Shown here: positions 30,226 to 41,760 of the stretch, piece after piece
Position numbering within the stretch: the stretch's first letter is position 1
Layout: each line of letters starts with the position of its first letter
The notes under the pieces: generated by a model
The model's database searches: none
The model's input: only the letters and a program-made list of their open reading frames with translations
What the model was told of the DNA's origin: nothing
Assembly: GCF_988243305.1 (NCBI RefSeq)
Contig: NZ_OZ547136.1
Strand: one strand, 5' to 3'
DNA: 64,000 nucleotides
Translations under genes and position numbers: made by a program

Positions 30226-30567
30226 ATGAAAATTACTCTCAGCAAACGAATTGGCCTGCTCGCTTTTCTGCTGCCTTGCGCAATGGCATTGAGCACAACT
30301 GTTCATGCCGAAACTAACAAACTGGTGATTGAGTCTGGCGACAGTGCACAAAGCCGCCAGCACGCCGCTATGGAAAAAGAGCAATGGAATGACACGCGCA
30401 ATCTGCGCCAGAAAGTGAATAAACGCACTGAAAAAGAGTGGGATAAAGCCGACGCCGCTTTTGATAACCGCGATAAATGTGAGCAAAGCGCCAACATCAA
30501 TGCCTACTGGGAGCCAAATACTTTGCGCTGCCTGGACCGTCGAACTGGCCGCGTTATTACCCCCTAA
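30226..30567 (+). CDS. ynfB: YnfB (UPF0482, secreted)
   Basis: The 113-aa ORF has a signal peptide. Synteny with K-12 supports the call. Confidence 0.85.
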   Translation: MKITLSKRIGLLAFLLPCAMALSTTVHAETNKLVIESGDSAQSRQHAAMEKEQWNDTRNLRQKVNKRTEKEWDKADAAFDNRDKCEQSANINAYWEPNTLRCLDRRTGRVITP

Positions 30568-30601
30568 CCTGTTATTGATTTAAGGAATGTAAGGACACGT
30601 T

Positions 30602-31162
30602 ATGCCAAGCGCCCACAGTGTTAAGCTACGCCCGCTGGAGCGTGAAGATTTACGCTATGTACATCAACTCGACAATAACGCCAGTGTGATGCGTTACTGG
30701 TTTGAGGAACCCTACGAAGCCTTTGTTGAACTCTCTGATCTGTACGATAAGCATATTCACGATCAGAGCGAACGGCGCTTTGTGGTGGAATGTGACGGCG
30801 AAAAAGCCGGTCTGGTGGAGCTGGTGGAAATTAACCATGTTCATCGCCGCGCAGAATTTCAGATAATTATCTCCCCGGAGTATCAGGGGAAAGGTCTGGC
30901 AACGCGTGCCGCAAAATTAGCAATGGACTATGGCTTCACCGTTCTCAATCTCTATAAGCTGTATCTGATCGTCGATAAAGAGAATGAAAAAGCGATTCAC
31001 ATTTACCGCAAGCTTGGCTTTACGGTTGAAGGTGAATTGATGCATGAGTTCTTTATTAATGGTCAATATCGTAATGCCATTCGCATGTGCATATTCCAGC
31101 ATCAGTATCTGGCAGAGCACAAAACACCGGGTCAGACTCTCCTGAAGCCGACCGCACAATAG
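30602..31162 (+). CDS. speG: Spermidine N1-acetyltransferase
   Basis: The ORF starts [41 protein letters not shown]... (186 aa, GNAT family). Confidence 0.95.
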   Translation: MPSAHSVKLRPLEREDLRYVHQLDNNASVMRYWFEEPYEAFVELSDLYDKHIHDQSERRFVVECDGEKAGLVELVEINHVHRRAEFQIIISPEYQGKGLATRAAKLAMDYGFTVLNLYKLYLIVDKENEKAIHIYRKLGFTVEGELMHEFFINGQYRNAIRMCIFQHQYLAEHKTPGQTLLKPTAQ

Positions 31163-31164
31163 CA

Positions 31165-31875
31165 TTAATAATAATCGATAGTATTTTTGATGGTGTAAAC
31201 CCGTTCGACGGCGGGTTTTACTCCTTCATCAACAATGATTAGCTGACAGTCCACCGGATTGGCGTGACTGTCATATTCACAGCTCTGTTTTACATTACCA
31301 ACCCTTTGATTATTCAGTAAAGTAACCGCTGTGTAATCTAATTTTTTGATCGGATCCGTTGATGGCGTAGCGCTAACAGATAATGTTTTGTCGTTACTTT
31401 TCGTGGTTTTACCCAGCGGATAACCCTGATCATCATAGCGATATTCCATCTGCATCTGTTTGCTGCTGGCTTTAATCACAAAGCCATTATCATCGGTTTC
31501 CCAACTCACCCCAGCAGAAGGTAATTCTGCTAGCTGGCATTTTCCCTGCAAACGAACTCTTTTCTCCAGTGTCTGGGCATCACGGTAATAATTGGCGTCC
31601 AGTACCAGGGCAACCACGGTATTATTTTCCAGATCCAGTAATTCGAGTGAATCAAAACAGCCTTCTTCCGACAAAGTCCCCGAAACACGTTTCGTCACTT
31701 CACCTTGCTCATCCATTAATGTCTGAGTGAAATCTTTTACCGGACCACGCAGCGGATCAAAATCGAATTCATTAGAGAAACTGGCCATCTCAGGGGTAAA
31801 TGAAAGTGTTACCTCTGTGCGGTCACATCCTGTGAGGAATATCGCGAGTAAGCATGGCAGTAATTTGTATTTCAC
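31165..31875 (-). CDS. ynfC: Lipoprotein YnfC
   Basis: It uses a GTG start giving (M)KYKLLPCLLAIFLTGCDRTEV... (236 aa) with a lipobox. Confidence 0.85.
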   Translation of the reverse strand: MKYKLLPCLLAIFLTGCDRTEVTLSFTPEMASFSNEFDFDPLRGPVKDFTQTLMDEQGEVTKRVSGTLSEEGCFDSLELLDLENNTVVALVLDANYYRDAQTLEKRVRLQGKCQLAELPSAGVSWETDDNGFVIKASSKQMQMEYRYDDQGYPLGKTTKSNDKTLSVSATPSTDPIKKLDYTAVTLLNNQRVGNVKQSCEYDSHANPVDCQLIIVDEGVKPAVERVYTIKNTIDYY

Positions 31876-31982
31876 AACAGTCACCAGAGAGTAGAGATGA
31901 TTCTCAATCATAGTAGCAAATACAGTACTTTACACGTTAAATGCTATGCTTAAAGAAGTTATCTTCGCGTAAGGAGCTTATG

Positions 31983-32288
31983 ATGAAACTCTCAACCTGC
32001 TGTGCCGCGCTTCTGCTCGCCCTCGCCTCACCCGCGGTACTCGCCGCGCCGGGATCCTGTGAGCGCATACAGAGCGATATATCACAGCGCATTATCAATA
32101 ATGGCGTACCCGAAAGCAGCTTCACGTTAAGTATTGTACCCAATGACCAGGTTGATCAGCCTGATTCCCAGGTCGTCGGGCATTGCGCTAATGATACGCA
32201 TAAAATTCTCTACACCCGCACCACCAGCGGTAACGTCTCTGCTCCCGCGCAGTCTACCCAGGATGGCGCGCCTGCCGAACCGCAGTAA
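31983..32288 (+). CDS. ynfD: YnfD (DUF1161, secreted)
   Basis: I trimmed the start to MKLSTCCAALLLALASPAVLAAPGSCERIQ.. (101 aa). Confidence 0.85.
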   Translation: MKLSTCCAALLLALASPAVLAAPGSCERIQSDISQRIINNGVPESSFTLSIVPNDQVDQPDSQVVGHCANDTHKILYTRTTSGNVSAPAQSTQDGAPAEPQ

Positions 32289-32486
32289 TACATTATCGAC
32301 TGCACGCCGGATACGACACATCCGGCGATTTGAACATACAACATAATCCCACCTTATTACTCATACCCTTCTATTGATATGGATTAATAATTCTTAACCC
32401 AAAATAGGTAGACTCCCTCTATTGTTAGCGCGCTAAATATTCAATATATAAACTTTTATATAACAATAAAGAACAGGGAGTGAGTT

Positions 32487-34913
32487 ATGTCCAAAAATGA
32501 ACAAATGGTGGGCATCAGCCGCAGAACACTCGTTAAATCTACCGCGATAGGTTCTCTGGCGCTGGCTGCAGGCGGTTTTTCTTTACCGTTCACCCTACGC
32601 AGTGCAGCGGCAGCGGTACAACAGGCCAGCGAAAAAGTGGTCTGGGGTGCCTGTTCCGTCAACTGTGGTAGCCGCTGTGCACTTCGTCTGCATGTTAAAG
32701 ATAATGAAGTGACCTGGGTGGAAACTGACAACACCGGCAGCGACGAGTATGGCAATCATCAAGTACGCGCCTGTTTGCGCGGTCGGTCCATCCGTCGACG
32801 TATTAATCATCCCGATCGCTTGAATTACCCAATGAAACGCGTGGGCAAACGCGGCGAAGGCAAATTCGAACGGATTAGCTGGGATGAAGCCCTGGATACT
32901 ATCGCCAGTAGCCTGAAAAAAACCGTCGAACAATATGGCAATGAGGCTGTATATATTCAGTACTCTTCAGGGATCGTTGGCGGCAATATGACCCGCTCTT
33001 CGCCATCCGCCTCGGCGGTCAAACGCCTGATGAACTGCTACGGCGGTTCACTCAACCAGTATGGCTCCTACAGCACCGCGCAAATTTCCTGTGCCATGCC
33101 CTACACCTACGGCAGTAATGATGGCAACAGCACCACGGATATTGAAAACAGCAAGCTGGTCGTGATGTTTGGTAACAACCCGGCAGAAACCCGCATGAGC
33201 GGCGGTGGCATCACTTATCTTCTTGAAAAAGCGCGCGAGAAATCGAACGCAAAAATGATTGTTATCGATCCGCGATATACCGATACAGCTGCTGGTCGTG
33301 AAGACGAATGGCTACCTATTCGCCCGGGCACCGATGCCGCGCTGGTTGCGGGTATTGCCTGGGTATTGATTAACGAAAATCTCGTTGATCAACCTTTTCT
33401 CGATAAATACTGCGTCGGCTATGACGAAAAAACCTTACCCGCAGATGCACCAAAAAATGGTCACTATAAAGCCTATATTCTTGGTGAAGGTGACGATAAA
33501 ACAGCGAAAACGCCGCAGTGGGCTTCGCAAATTACCGGTATCCCGGTGGACCGTATCATCAAACTGGCGCGTGAAATTGGCACAGCAAAACCCGCTTATA
33601 TCTGCCAGGGCTGGGGACCGCAACGCCAGGCAAACGGCGAGCTGACTGCACGTGCTATTGCGATGTTGCCTATTCTGACGGGCAATGTCGGCATCAGCGG
33701 CGGGAATAGTGGCGCGCGTGAATCGACCTATACCATTACCATAGAACGCCTACCGGTGCTGGATAATCCGGTCAAAACGTCAATCTCCTGCTTCAGCTGG
33801 ACAGATGCTATCGATCATGGCCCGCAAATGACGGCAATCCGCGACGGTGTCCGGGGCAAAGATAAACTGGATGTGCCCATTAAGTTCATCTGGAACTATG
33901 CGGGAAATACCCTCGTTAATCAGCATTCTGACATCAACAAAACGCATGAAATTCTGCAGGACGAATCGAAATGCGAAATGATTGTGGTCATCGAAAACTT
34001 TATGACCTCATCGGCAAAATATGCCGACATTCTGCTGCCAGACCTGATGACCGTTGAGCAGGAAGATATTATTCCTAACGACTACGCCGGTAACATGGGA
34101 TATCTCATTTTCCTTCAGCCAGTCACCAGCGAAAAATTCGAACGCAAACCGATTTACTGGATCCTGAGTGAAGTCGCGAAACGTCTTGGACCTGAAGTCT
34201 ATCAAAAGTTCACTGAAGGTCGCACTCAGGAACAATGGTTACAACATCTGTACGCCAAAATGCTTGCCAAAGATCCGGCGTTACCGTCTTACGACGAACT
34301 GAAAAAAATGGGTATCTATAAGCGTAAAGATCCCAATGGTCATTTTGTCGCCTACAAAGCATTTCGTGACGACCCCGAGGCAAATCCACTTAAAACGCCT
34401 TCCGGTAAGATTGAAATTTACTCCAGCAAGCTGGCGGAAATTGCCCGTACCTGGGAACTGGAAAAAGATGAAGTGATAAGCCCACTGCCGGTTTATGCCT
34501 CAACCTTTGAAGGCTGGGACTCCCCTGAACGTAGCACCTTCCCACTGCAACTGTTTGGTTTCCATTACAAATCCCGTACTCACTCGACCTACGGCAACAT
34601 TGATGTCCTGAAGGCAGCCTGCCGTCAGGAGGTGTGGATCAACCCTATAGATGCACAGAAACGTGGGATTGCCAACGGCGATATGGTGCGGGTGTTTAAC
34701 CATCGTGGCGAAGTTCGGCTACCAGCCAAAGTGACACCACGCATTCTCCCTGGGGTTAGCGCTATGGGCCAGGGAGCCTGGCACGAGGCCAATATGTCTG
34801 GCGATAAAATCGACCATGGCGGCTGTGTGAATACGCTAACCACTCTGCGCCCTTCACCACTGGCGAAGGGAAACCCGCAGCACACGAATCTGGTCGAGAT
34901 CGAAAAAATATAA
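32487..34913 (+). CDS. ynfE: Selenate/DMSO reductase-family molybdoenzyme catalytic subunit YnfE
   Basis: The 808-aa ORF has a Tat signal SRRTLVKSTAIGSLALAAGG and the CSVNCGSRC 4Fe-4S motif. Confidence 0.95.
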   Translation: MSKNEQMVGISRRTLVKSTAIGSLALAAGGFSLPFTLRSAAAAVQQASEKVVWGACSVNCGSRCALRLHVKDNEVTWVETDNTGSDEYGNHQVRACLRGRSIRRRINHPDRLNYPMKRVGKRGEGKFERISWDEALDTIASSLKKTVEQYGNEAVYIQYSSGIVGGNMTRSSPSASAVKRLMNCYGGSLNQYGSYSTAQISCAMPYTYGSNDGNSTTDIENSKLVVMFGNNPAETRMSGGGITYLLEKAREKSNAKMIVIDPRYTDTAAGREDEWLPIRPGTDAALVAGIAWVLINENLVDQPFLDKYCVGYDEKTLPADAPKNGHYKAYILGEGDDKTAKTPQWASQITGIPVDRIIKLAREIGTAKPAYICQGWGPQRQANGELTARAIAMLPILTGNVGISGGNSGARESTYTITIERLPVLDNPVKTSISCFSWTDAIDHGPQMTAIRDGVRGKDKLDVPIKFIWNYAGNTLVNQHSDINKTHEILQDESKCEMIVVIENFMTSSAKYADILLPDLMTVEQEDIIPNDYAGNMGYLIFLQPVTSEKFERKPIYWILSEVAKRLGPEVYQKFTEGRTQEQWLQHLYAKMLAKDPALPSYDELKKMGIYKRKDPNGHFVAYKAFRDDPEANPLKTPSGKIEIYSSKLAEIARTWELEKDEVISPLPVYASTFEGWDSPERSTFPLQLFGFHYKSRTHSTYGNIDVLKAACRQEVWINPIDAQKRGIANGDMVRVFNHRGEVRLPAKVTPRILPGVSAMGQGAWHEANMSGDKIDHGGCVNTLTTLRPSPLAKGNPQHTNLVEIEKI

Positions 34914-34973
34914 CCCACTACAACCATAAATTCTGGCATGACATTTTGTTTGAAAAGCAATAAGTGAGTAATG

Positions 34974-37397
34974 ATGAAAATCCATACCACAGAGGCGCTC
35001 ATGAAGGCTGAAATCAGCCGTAGAAGTCTGATGAAAACCTCCGCACTTGGCAGTCTTGCGCTGGCAAGCAGTGCTTTCACTCTGCCATTTTCCCAAATGG
35101 TCCGAGCGGCAGAGGCACCGGTAGAAGAGAAAGCGGTCTGGAGTTCCTGCACCGTTAACTGCGGGAGCCGCTGTCTGTTACGTTTGCATGTGAAAGATGA
35201 CACCGTGTACTGGGTGGAGTCTGATACGACAGGTGACGACGTCTACGGTAATCATCAGGTTCGGGCATGTTTACGCGGGCGCTCTATCCGCCGACGGATG
35301 AATCATCCTGACAGGTTGAAATATCCCATGAAGCGCGTCGGCAAGCGCGGTGAAGGTAAATTTGAACGGATAAGTTGGGATGAAGCCCTGGATACCATCA
35401 GTGATAATCTTCGGCGGATCCTTGAAGATTACGGCAATGAGGCTGTACATGTCCTGTACGGAACAGGCGTAGATGGCGGAAACATCACCAACTCGAACGT
35501 CCCGTACCGTCTGATGAACTCTTGCGGTGGTTTTCTCAGTCGCTATGGCAGCTACAGTACCGCTCAAATCAGTGCCGCAATGAGTTATATGTTCGGTGCC
35601 AATGATGGCAACAGCCCGGATGATATAGCCAATACGAAACTGGTCGTTATGTTCGGAAATAACCCGGCAGAAACCCGGATGAGCGGCGGTGGTGTCACTT
35701 ACTACGTCGAGCAAGCCCGAGAACGTTCAAACGCACGCATGATCGTCATCGATCCACGTTATAACGACACTGCTGCCGGGCGTGAAGATGAATGGCTGCC
35801 AATTCGCCCAGGCACCGATGGCGCACTGGCCTGTGCGATTGCCTGGGTACTGATTACTGAAAACATGGTCGATCAGCCATTTCTCGACAAATATTGTGTT
35901 GGTTACGATGAAAAAACGCTGCCCGCCAACGCACCACGTAACGCGCATTATAAAGCCTATATTCTGGGCGAAGGGCCTGACGGCATAGCTAAAACGCCGG
36001 AATGGGCAGCAAAAATCACCAGCATCCCGGCAGAAAAAATTATCCATTTGGCACGAGAGATCGGTTCAGCAAAACCTGCTTATATTTGTCAGGGTTGGGG
36101 GCCACAACGACACTCCAACGGCGAACAAACGTCCCGCGCTATTGCCATGCTTTCCGTTCTCACCGGTAACGTCGGCATAAACGGCGGCAACTCAGGTGTA
36201 CGCGAAGGTAGCTGGGATCTGGGGGTAGAATGGTTCCCGATGCTCGAGAATCCTGTTAAAACGCAGATTTCCGTCTTTACATGGACAGATGCCATCGACC
36301 ATGGTACGGAAATGACCGCGACCCGTGATGGTGTTCGTGGAAAAGAAAAACTGGATGTCCCCATCAAGTTTTTATGGTGCTACGCCAGTAACACATTGAT
36401 CAATCAACATGGCGACATCAATCACACCCATGAGGTGCTTCAGGATGACAGCAAGTGCGAGATGATTGTTGGCATTGACCACTTCATGACTGCCTCGGCT
36501 AAGTATTGCGATATCCTGTTGCCCGACCTGATGCCAACAGAGCAAGAAGACCTTATCTCTCACGAATCTGCCGGGAATATGGGCTATGTGATCCTCGCCC
36601 AACCCGCAACCTCAGCAAAATTTGAACGCAAACCCATCTACTGGATGCTGAGTGAAGTCGCCAAACGCTTAGGACCAGACGTTTATCAAACCTTTACTGA
36701 AGGCCGCAGTCAGCACGAATGGATCAAATATCTCCATGCGAAAACGAAGGAACGTAACCCTGAGATGCCCGACTACGAGGAGATGAAAACGACCGGGATC
36801 TTTAAGAAAAAATGCCCGGAAGAACACTACGTCGCTTTCCGCGCATTCCGTGAAGATCCACAGGCAAACCCGTTGAAAACACCTTCGGGGAAAATCGAAA
36901 TTTATTCTGAACGACTGGCGACGATTGCGGATACCTGGGAATTGAAAAAAGATGAAATTATTCATCCCCTTCCTGCGTATACCCCAGGTTTTGATGGCTG
37001 GGACGATCCCCTGCGGAAAACCTATCCACTGCAGCTAACGGGCTTCCACTACAAAGCGCGTACCCACTCCAGCTACGGCAATATTGATGTGTTACAGCAG
37101 GCCTGCCCACAAGAGGTGTGGATCAACCCTATTGATGCTCAGGCACGCGGTATCCGTCATGGCGATACCGTGCGGGTATTTAACAATAATGGAGAAATGC
37201 TGATTGCCGCAAAAGTGACTCCGCGTATTCTGCCTGGCGTTACCGCCATCGGGCAAGGTGCGTGGCTTAAAGCGGATATGTTTGGTGACCGGGTCGATCA
37301 CGGCGGCAGTATTAATATTCTGACCTCTCACCGCCCTTCACCGCTGGCAAAGGGAAACCCGTCGCACAGCAATCTTGTCCAGATCGAAAAGGTTTAA
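34974..37397 (+). CDS. ynfF: DMSO reductase-family catalytic subunit YnfF (paralogue of YnfE)
   Basis: It has a Tat signal SRRSLMKTSALGSLALA and the CTVNCGSRC motif. It is 807 aa from the second Met. Confidence 0.95.
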   Translation: MKIHTTEALMKAEISRRSLMKTSALGSLALASSAFTLPFSQMVRAAEAPVEEKAVWSSCTVNCGSRCLLRLHVKDDTVYWVESDTTGDDVYGNHQVRACLRGRSIRRRMNHPDRLKYPMKRVGKRGEGKFERISWDEALDTISDNLRRILEDYGNEAVHVLYGTGVDGGNITNSNVPYRLMNSCGGFLSRYGSYSTAQISAAMSYMFGANDGNSPDDIANTKLVVMFGNNPAETRMSGGGVTYYVEQARERSNARMIVIDPRYNDTAAGREDEWLPIRPGTDGALACAIAWVLITENMVDQPFLDKYCVGYDEKTLPANAPRNAHYKAYILGEGPDGIAKTPEWAAKITSIPAEKIIHLAREIGSAKPAYICQGWGPQRHSNGEQTSRAIAMLSVLTGNVGINGGNSGVREGSWDLGVEWFPMLENPVKTQISVFTWTDAIDHGTEMTATRDGVRGKEKLDVPIKFLWCYASNTLINQHGDINHTHEVLQDDSKCEMIVGIDHFMTASAKYCDILLPDLMPTEQEDLISHESAGNMGYVILAQPATSAKFERKPIYWMLSEVAKRLGPDVYQTFTEGRSQHEWIKYLHAKTKERNPEMPDYEEMKTTGIFKKKCPEEHYVAFRAFREDPQANPLKTPSGKIEIYSERLATIADTWELKKDEIIHPLPAYTPGFDGWDDPLRKTYPLQLTGFHYKARTHSSYGNIDVLQQACPQEVWINPIDAQARGIRHGDTVRVFNNNGEMLIAAKVTPRILPGVTAIGQGAWLKADMFGDRVDHGGSINILTSHRPSPLAKGNPSHSNLVQIEKV

Positions 37398-37407
37398 GGA
37401 GTAGCCC

Positions 37408-38025
37408 ATGACCACACAATATGGATTTTTTATCGATTCCAGCCGCTGTACTGGCTGTAAAACCTGCGAACTGGCGTGCAAAGATTTTAAAGATCTTGGC
37501 CCGGAAGTCAGTTTCCGCCGTATTTATGAATATGCTGGCGGCGACTGGCAGGAAGATAATGGCGTCTGGCACCAGAACGTGTTCGCTTATTATCTCTCCA
37601 TCTCCTGTAACCATTGCGATGACCCCGCATGTACAAAAGTCTGCCCCAGCGGCGCAATGCATAAGCGTGAAGATGGCTTTGTGGTGGTTGATGAAGATGT
37701 TTGTATCGGCTGCCGCTACTGCCACATGGCTTGTCCGTACGGCGCGCCACAGTACAATGCTGAAAAAGGGCACATGACGAAGTGCGATGGTTGTTATTCG
37801 CGCGTCGCCGAGGGGAAACAACCCATATGTGTCGAATCCTGCCCGCTGCGTGCACTTGAGTTCGGTCCAATTGAAGAGCTGCGCCAGAAGCACGGCACTC
37901 TGGCTGCCGTCGCGCCACTACCGCGCGCGCATTTCACAAAACCCAATATCGTTATCAAACCTAACGCCAACAGCCGCCCGACCGGCGATACCACTGGTTA
38001 TCTGGCTAATCCGGAGGAAGTGTAA
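37408..38025 (+). CDS. ynfG: 4Fe-4S subunit YnfG (DmsB homologue)
   Basis: The 205-aa ORF has four Cys clusters (CTGCKTCELAC, CNHCDDPAC, CIGCRYCHMAC, CDGC..). Confidence 0.95.
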   Translation: MTTQYGFFIDSSRCTGCKTCELACKDFKDLGPEVSFRRIYEYAGGDWQEDNGVWHQNVFAYYLSISCNHCDDPACTKVCPSGAMHKREDGFVVVDEDVCIGCRYCHMACPYGAPQYNAEKGHMTKCDGCYSRVAEGKQPICVESCPLRALEFGPIEELRQKHGTLAAVAPLPRAHFTKPNIVIKPNANSRPTGDTTGYLANPEEV

Positions 38026-38026
38026 A

Positions 38027-38881
38027 ATGGGAAATGGATGGCATGAATGGCCACTGGTTATCTTTACCGTATTGGGTCAATGCGTAGTAGGCGCGCTGAT
38101 TGTTAGCGGAATTGGCTGGTTCGCCGCCAATAATGACGCAGACCGTCAGCGTATTGTCCGTGGCATGTTTTTCCTCTGGCTGTTGATGGGCATCGGGTTT
38201 ATTGCCTCTGTCATGCACCTGGGATCGCCACTGCGAGCGTTTAACTCGCTGAATCGAATCGGAGCTTCTGGTCTGAGTAACGAGATTGCTGCCGGTTCAA
38301 TATTTTTTGCCGTTGGCGGATTATGGTGGCTGGTGGCGGTCATCGGTAAAATGCCGCAAGCGTTGGGGAAACTCTGGTTACTTGTCAGCATGGCGCTCGG
38401 CGTCATTTTCGTCTGGATGATGACCGGCGTGTATCAAATCGACACCGTGCCAACCTGGCATAACGGTTACACTACGCTGGCTTTCTTCCTGACAGTATTG
38501 TTGAGCGGTCCAATACTTGCTGCCGCAATTCTGCGGGCAGCCCGCATTACATTTAATACCACACCCTTTGCCATCATTAGCGTTCTGGCGCTGATCGCTT
38601 GTGCCGGGGTGATTGTGCTGCAAGGTTTGTCTCTGGCGTCTATTCACTCATCCGTACAACAAGCCAGCGCACTGGTACCAGATTACGCCTCCTTACAGGT
38701 CTGGCGTGTGGTATTGTTATGCACAGGTCTAGGATGCTGGCTTTGTCCGCTCATTCGTCGCCGTGAACCTCACGTTGCCGGACTTGTTCTGGGGCTAATC
38801 CTCATACTTGGCGGTGAGATGATCGGGCGTGTGCTCTTTTATGGCCTGCACATGACGGTAGGAATGGCTATTGCAGGTTAA
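38027..38881 (+). CDS. ynfH: Membrane anchor subunit YnfH (DmsC homologue)
   Basis: I trimmed the start to MGNGWHEWPLVIFTVLGQCVVGAL.. (284 aa). The longer track ORF is an upstream extension that overlaps ynfG. Confidence 0.9.
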   Translation: MGNGWHEWPLVIFTVLGQCVVGALIVSGIGWFAANNDADRQRIVRGMFFLWLLMGIGFIASVMHLGSPLRAFNSLNRIGASGLSNEIAAGSIFFAVGGLWWLVAVIGKMPQALGKLWLLVSMALGVIFVWMMTGVYQIDTVPTWHNGYTTLAFFLTVLLSGPILAAAILRAARITFNTTPFAIISVLALIACAGVIVLQGLSLASIHSSVQQASALVPDYASLQVWRVVLLCTGLGCWLCPLIRRREPHVAGLVLGLILILGGEMIGRVLFYGLHMTVGMAIAG

Positions 38882-38923
38882 CAAATTGGTGCGGGGCAAC
38901 CCGCACATTTCAGGATGTTAGGA

Positions 38924-39538
38924 ATGACCCATTTTTCACAGCAAGATAATTTTTCTGTCGCGGCGCGCGTGTTGGGCGCGCTGTTTTATTACGCTCCAGA
39001 GAGTGCGGAAGCCGCACCTCTGGTTGCGGTACTCACCCGTGACGGCTGGGAAACTCAGTGGCCTCTACCCGAAGCGTCATTAGCGCCGCTGGTGACGGCT
39101 TTTCAGGCACAGAGTGAAGAGACTCGCGCCCAGGCCTGGCAGCGTTTGTTTGTCGGCCCGTGGGCACTGCCGTCACCGCCGTGGGGGTCGGTCTGGCTGG
39201 ATCGCGAATCTGTGCTGTTTGGCGATTCAACATTGGCACTTCGTCAGTGGATGCGCGAGAAAGGCATTCAGTTTGAAATGAAGCAAAACGAACCGGAAGA
39301 TCATTTTGGTTCACTGCTGTTGATGGCTGCGTGGTTGGCGGAGAATGGTCGCCAGACAGAATGCGAAGAATTGCTGGCATGGCACCTTTTTCCGTGGTCA
39401 ATACGTTTTCTTGACGTTTTTATCGAAAAAGCAGAACACCCTTTCTACCGTGCACTGGGTGAACTGGCTCGCTTAACGCTGGCGCAATGGCAATCACAAC
39501 TGTTAATTCCTGTCGCGGTTAAACCACTCTTTCGATAG
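38924..39538 (+). CDS. dmsD: Tat proofreading chaperone DmsD
   Basis: I trimmed the start to MTHFSQQDNFSVAARVLGALFYYAPES.. (204 aa). Confidence 0.95.
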   Translation: MTHFSQQDNFSVAARVLGALFYYAPESAEAAPLVAVLTRDGWETQWPLPEASLAPLVTAFQAQSEETRAQAWQRLFVGPWALPSPPWGSVWLDRESVLFGDSTLALRQWMREKGIQFEMKQNEPEDHFGSLLLMAAWLAENGRQTECEELLAWHLFPWSIRFLDVFIEKAEHPFYRALGELARLTLAQWQSQLLIPVAVKPLFR

Positions 39539-39731
39539 GATCACCGTAATATTGCCGGATGGTGGCGATTACGCGCAATTCGGCAATAATAGGTTACAGT
39601 GTCACGTTTTTTATCTCTTAAAGCACGCACTGCTTTTGCGTCTGGCCTCTTTTGCCGCAAAATAGTCGCCCGTGTTTCATTGCCCATTTCTGCTCATGCA
39701 TCATCTACACATCTATCCGGATCTGCGCACT

Positions 39732-40988
39732 ATGTTCCGCCGTCTGCTTATCGCAACAGTCGTCGGTATTCTCGCGGCCTTTGCCGTTGCCGGGTTTCGT
39801 CATACGATGCTGCTACTGGAGTGGTTGTTCCTCAATAATGACTCGGGCAGTCTGGTCAATGCAGCGACAAATCTTTCCCCGTGGCGACGGCTGCTAACTC
39901 CGGCGCTCGGCGGACTGGCGGCGGGTTTGTTGCTGATGGGCTGGCAGAAATTTACCCAGCAACGCCCTCATGCGCCGACCGATTACATGGAAGCGTTGCA
40001 AACCGATGGGCAGTTTGATTACGCAGCAAGCCTGGTTAAATCGCTTGCCTCTCTGCTGGTAGTAACCAGCGGCAGTGCAATTGGTCGCGAAGGTGCGATG
40101 ATTCTTTTAGCTGCCCTTGCCGCCTCCTGTTTTGCCCAACGTTTTACGCCACGCCAGGAGTGGAAATTATGGATCGCCTGTGGAGCTGCGGCGGGAATGG
40201 CTGCGGCCTATCGCGCCCCGCTTGCTGGCAGTTTATTTATAGCCGAAGTGCTGTTTGGCACTATGATGTTGGCCTCTCTCGGCCCGGTGATTATTTCCGC
40301 CGTCGTGGCGTTGCTGGTTAGCAATCTGATTAATCATAGCGACGCGTTACTCTACAGCGTACAACTCTCAGTGACGATTCAGGCTCGTGACTATGCGCTG
40401 ATTATCAGTACAGGTGTGCTGGCAGGTCTGGGCGGACCACTGTTGTTAACGTTAATGAACGCCTGTCATCGTGGATTTGTAAGTCTCAAACTTGCGCCGC
40501 CCTGGCAACTGGCACTGGGCGGGTTGATCGTGGGTCTGCTTTCCCTGTTCACACCTGCAGTGTGGGGCAACGGCTATAGCACCGTACAATCCTTTTTAAC
40601 CGCCCCGCCACTGTTAATGATCATTGCCGGGATCTTCCTCTGTAAACTGTTTGCCGTGCTGGCGAGTAGTGGTTCTGGCGCGCCCGGTGGTGTCTTTACA
40701 CCGACGCTATTTATCGGTCTTGCCATTGGCATGTTGTATGGTCGTAGCCTGGGATTATGGTTCCCTGATGGCGAAGAAATTACGCTTTTACTCGGATTGA
40801 CCGGGATGGCGACACTGTTGGCGGCAACCACGCACGCGCCGATTATGTCGACGTTGATGATATGTGAAATGACCGGGGAGTATCAGCTACTCCCCGGTTT
40901 ATTGATTGCCTGCGTAATTGCGTCGGTAATTTCGCGGACGTTACACCGTGACTCTATCTACCGCCAGCACACTGCGAAGCATAGCTAA
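39732..40988 (+). CDS. clcB: Voltage-gated ClC-type chloride channel ClcB
   Basis: I trimmed the start to [24 protein letters not shown].. (418 aa). It has the GSAIGREGA and GAPGGVFTP motifs. Confidence 0.95.
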   Translation: MFRRLLIATVVGILAAFAVAGFRHTMLLLEWLFLNNDSGSLVNAATNLSPWRRLLTPALGGLAAGLLLMGWQKFTQQRPHAPTDYMEALQTDGQFDYAASLVKSLASLLVVTSGSAIGREGAMILLAALAASCFAQRFTPRQEWKLWIACGAAAGMAAAYRAPLAGSLFIAEVLFGTMMLASLGPVIISAVVALLVSNLINHSDALLYSVQLSVTIQARDYALIISTGVLAGLGGPLLLTLMNACHRGFVSLKLAPPWQLALGGLIVGLLSLFTPAVWGNGYSTVQSFLTAPPLLMIIAGIFLCKLFAVLASSGSGAPGGVFTPTLFIGLAIGMLYGRSLGLWFPDGEEITLLLGLTGMATLLAATTHAPIMSTLMICEMTGEYQLLPGLLIACVIASVISRTLHRDSIYRQHTAKHS

Positions 40989-41636
40989 GCGGATGTATTG
41001 CCCCAGTTCACGCTGTTCGGCGCGCGGCAGATAAGGCAGTTCACCAATGAGCGGTGCCGGAAGTTTTTTACCGAGCACATCAATGATTTCCGCATAATGC
41101 GCCAGTCCTGGATTGATTCGGTTAGCCACCCAGCCAATGAGCGGTAGCCCGTCGTTGGCGATCGCCTGAGCTGTTAGCAGTGCATGGTTAATGCAACCTT
41201 CCTGAATACCGACAACCATCAACACCGGCAGTTGTTCCTGCACCACCCATTCAGAGAGCGGACGCAAATCATTCATCAGACTGCGCCAGCCGCCAGTCCC
41301 TTCTACCACCACATGATCGACTTTATCGGTCAGGTTTGCCAGGCCGTTTGAAATGAGGGTGTAATTGATTGGGCAACTGTGCGCCACGCTACTTTCTTCT
41401 TCGCTTAACGCGATAGGATTAACTGCTTCATAAGGCAGTTCGATGGTTGAAACACTCTGCAACACCAGGGCATCTTTATTACGCAGCCCTTCGGGTGTCT
41501 CTTTGCTCCCCTTCGCTACGGGTTTATATCCCGCAACCGTTTTTCCCTGGGAGGCTAACGCTTGTAGCAATGCGCGGGAAACCACCGTTTTCCCTACAGA
41601 AGTGTCTGTACCGGTAATAAAGAAACGCTTCAGCAT
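40941..41636 (-). CDS. ynfK: Dethiobiotin synthetase paralogue YnfK (BioD2)
   Basis: I trimmed the start to [27 protein letters not shown].. (231 aa). Confidence 0.95.
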   Translation of the reverse strand: MLKRFFITGTDTSVGKTVVSRALLQALASQGKTVAGYKPVAKGSKETPEGLRNKDALVLQSVSTIELPYEAVNPIALSEEESSVAHSCPINYTLISNGLANLTDKVDHVVVEGTGGWRSLMNDLRPLSEWVVQEQLPVLMVVGIQEGCINHALLTAQAIANDGLPLIGWVANRINPGLAHYAEIIDVLGKKLPAPLIGELPYLPRAEQRELGQYIRLAMLRSVLAVDRVTV

Positions 41637-41760
41637 CACTAACTCCACCGTTATGCTTCACAAATATAAACCAGGAAAATAATTAACCTTGAAAGTCTAA
41701 GTTATGCTTTCCTGGCCCAAATTGAGATAGCGCAAATTTTGGTAGAACAGTTAAAAAATG

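Noticed and set aside
32456-38647. Numerous 60-190-aa ORFs on both strands inside ynfE, ynfF, ynfG and ynfH (for example 34625-35203, 37312-37893, 37508-37918)
   Set aside because: They overlap well-recognised long genes in other frames, and their Arg/Pro/Cys-rich composition is typical of off-frame translation.
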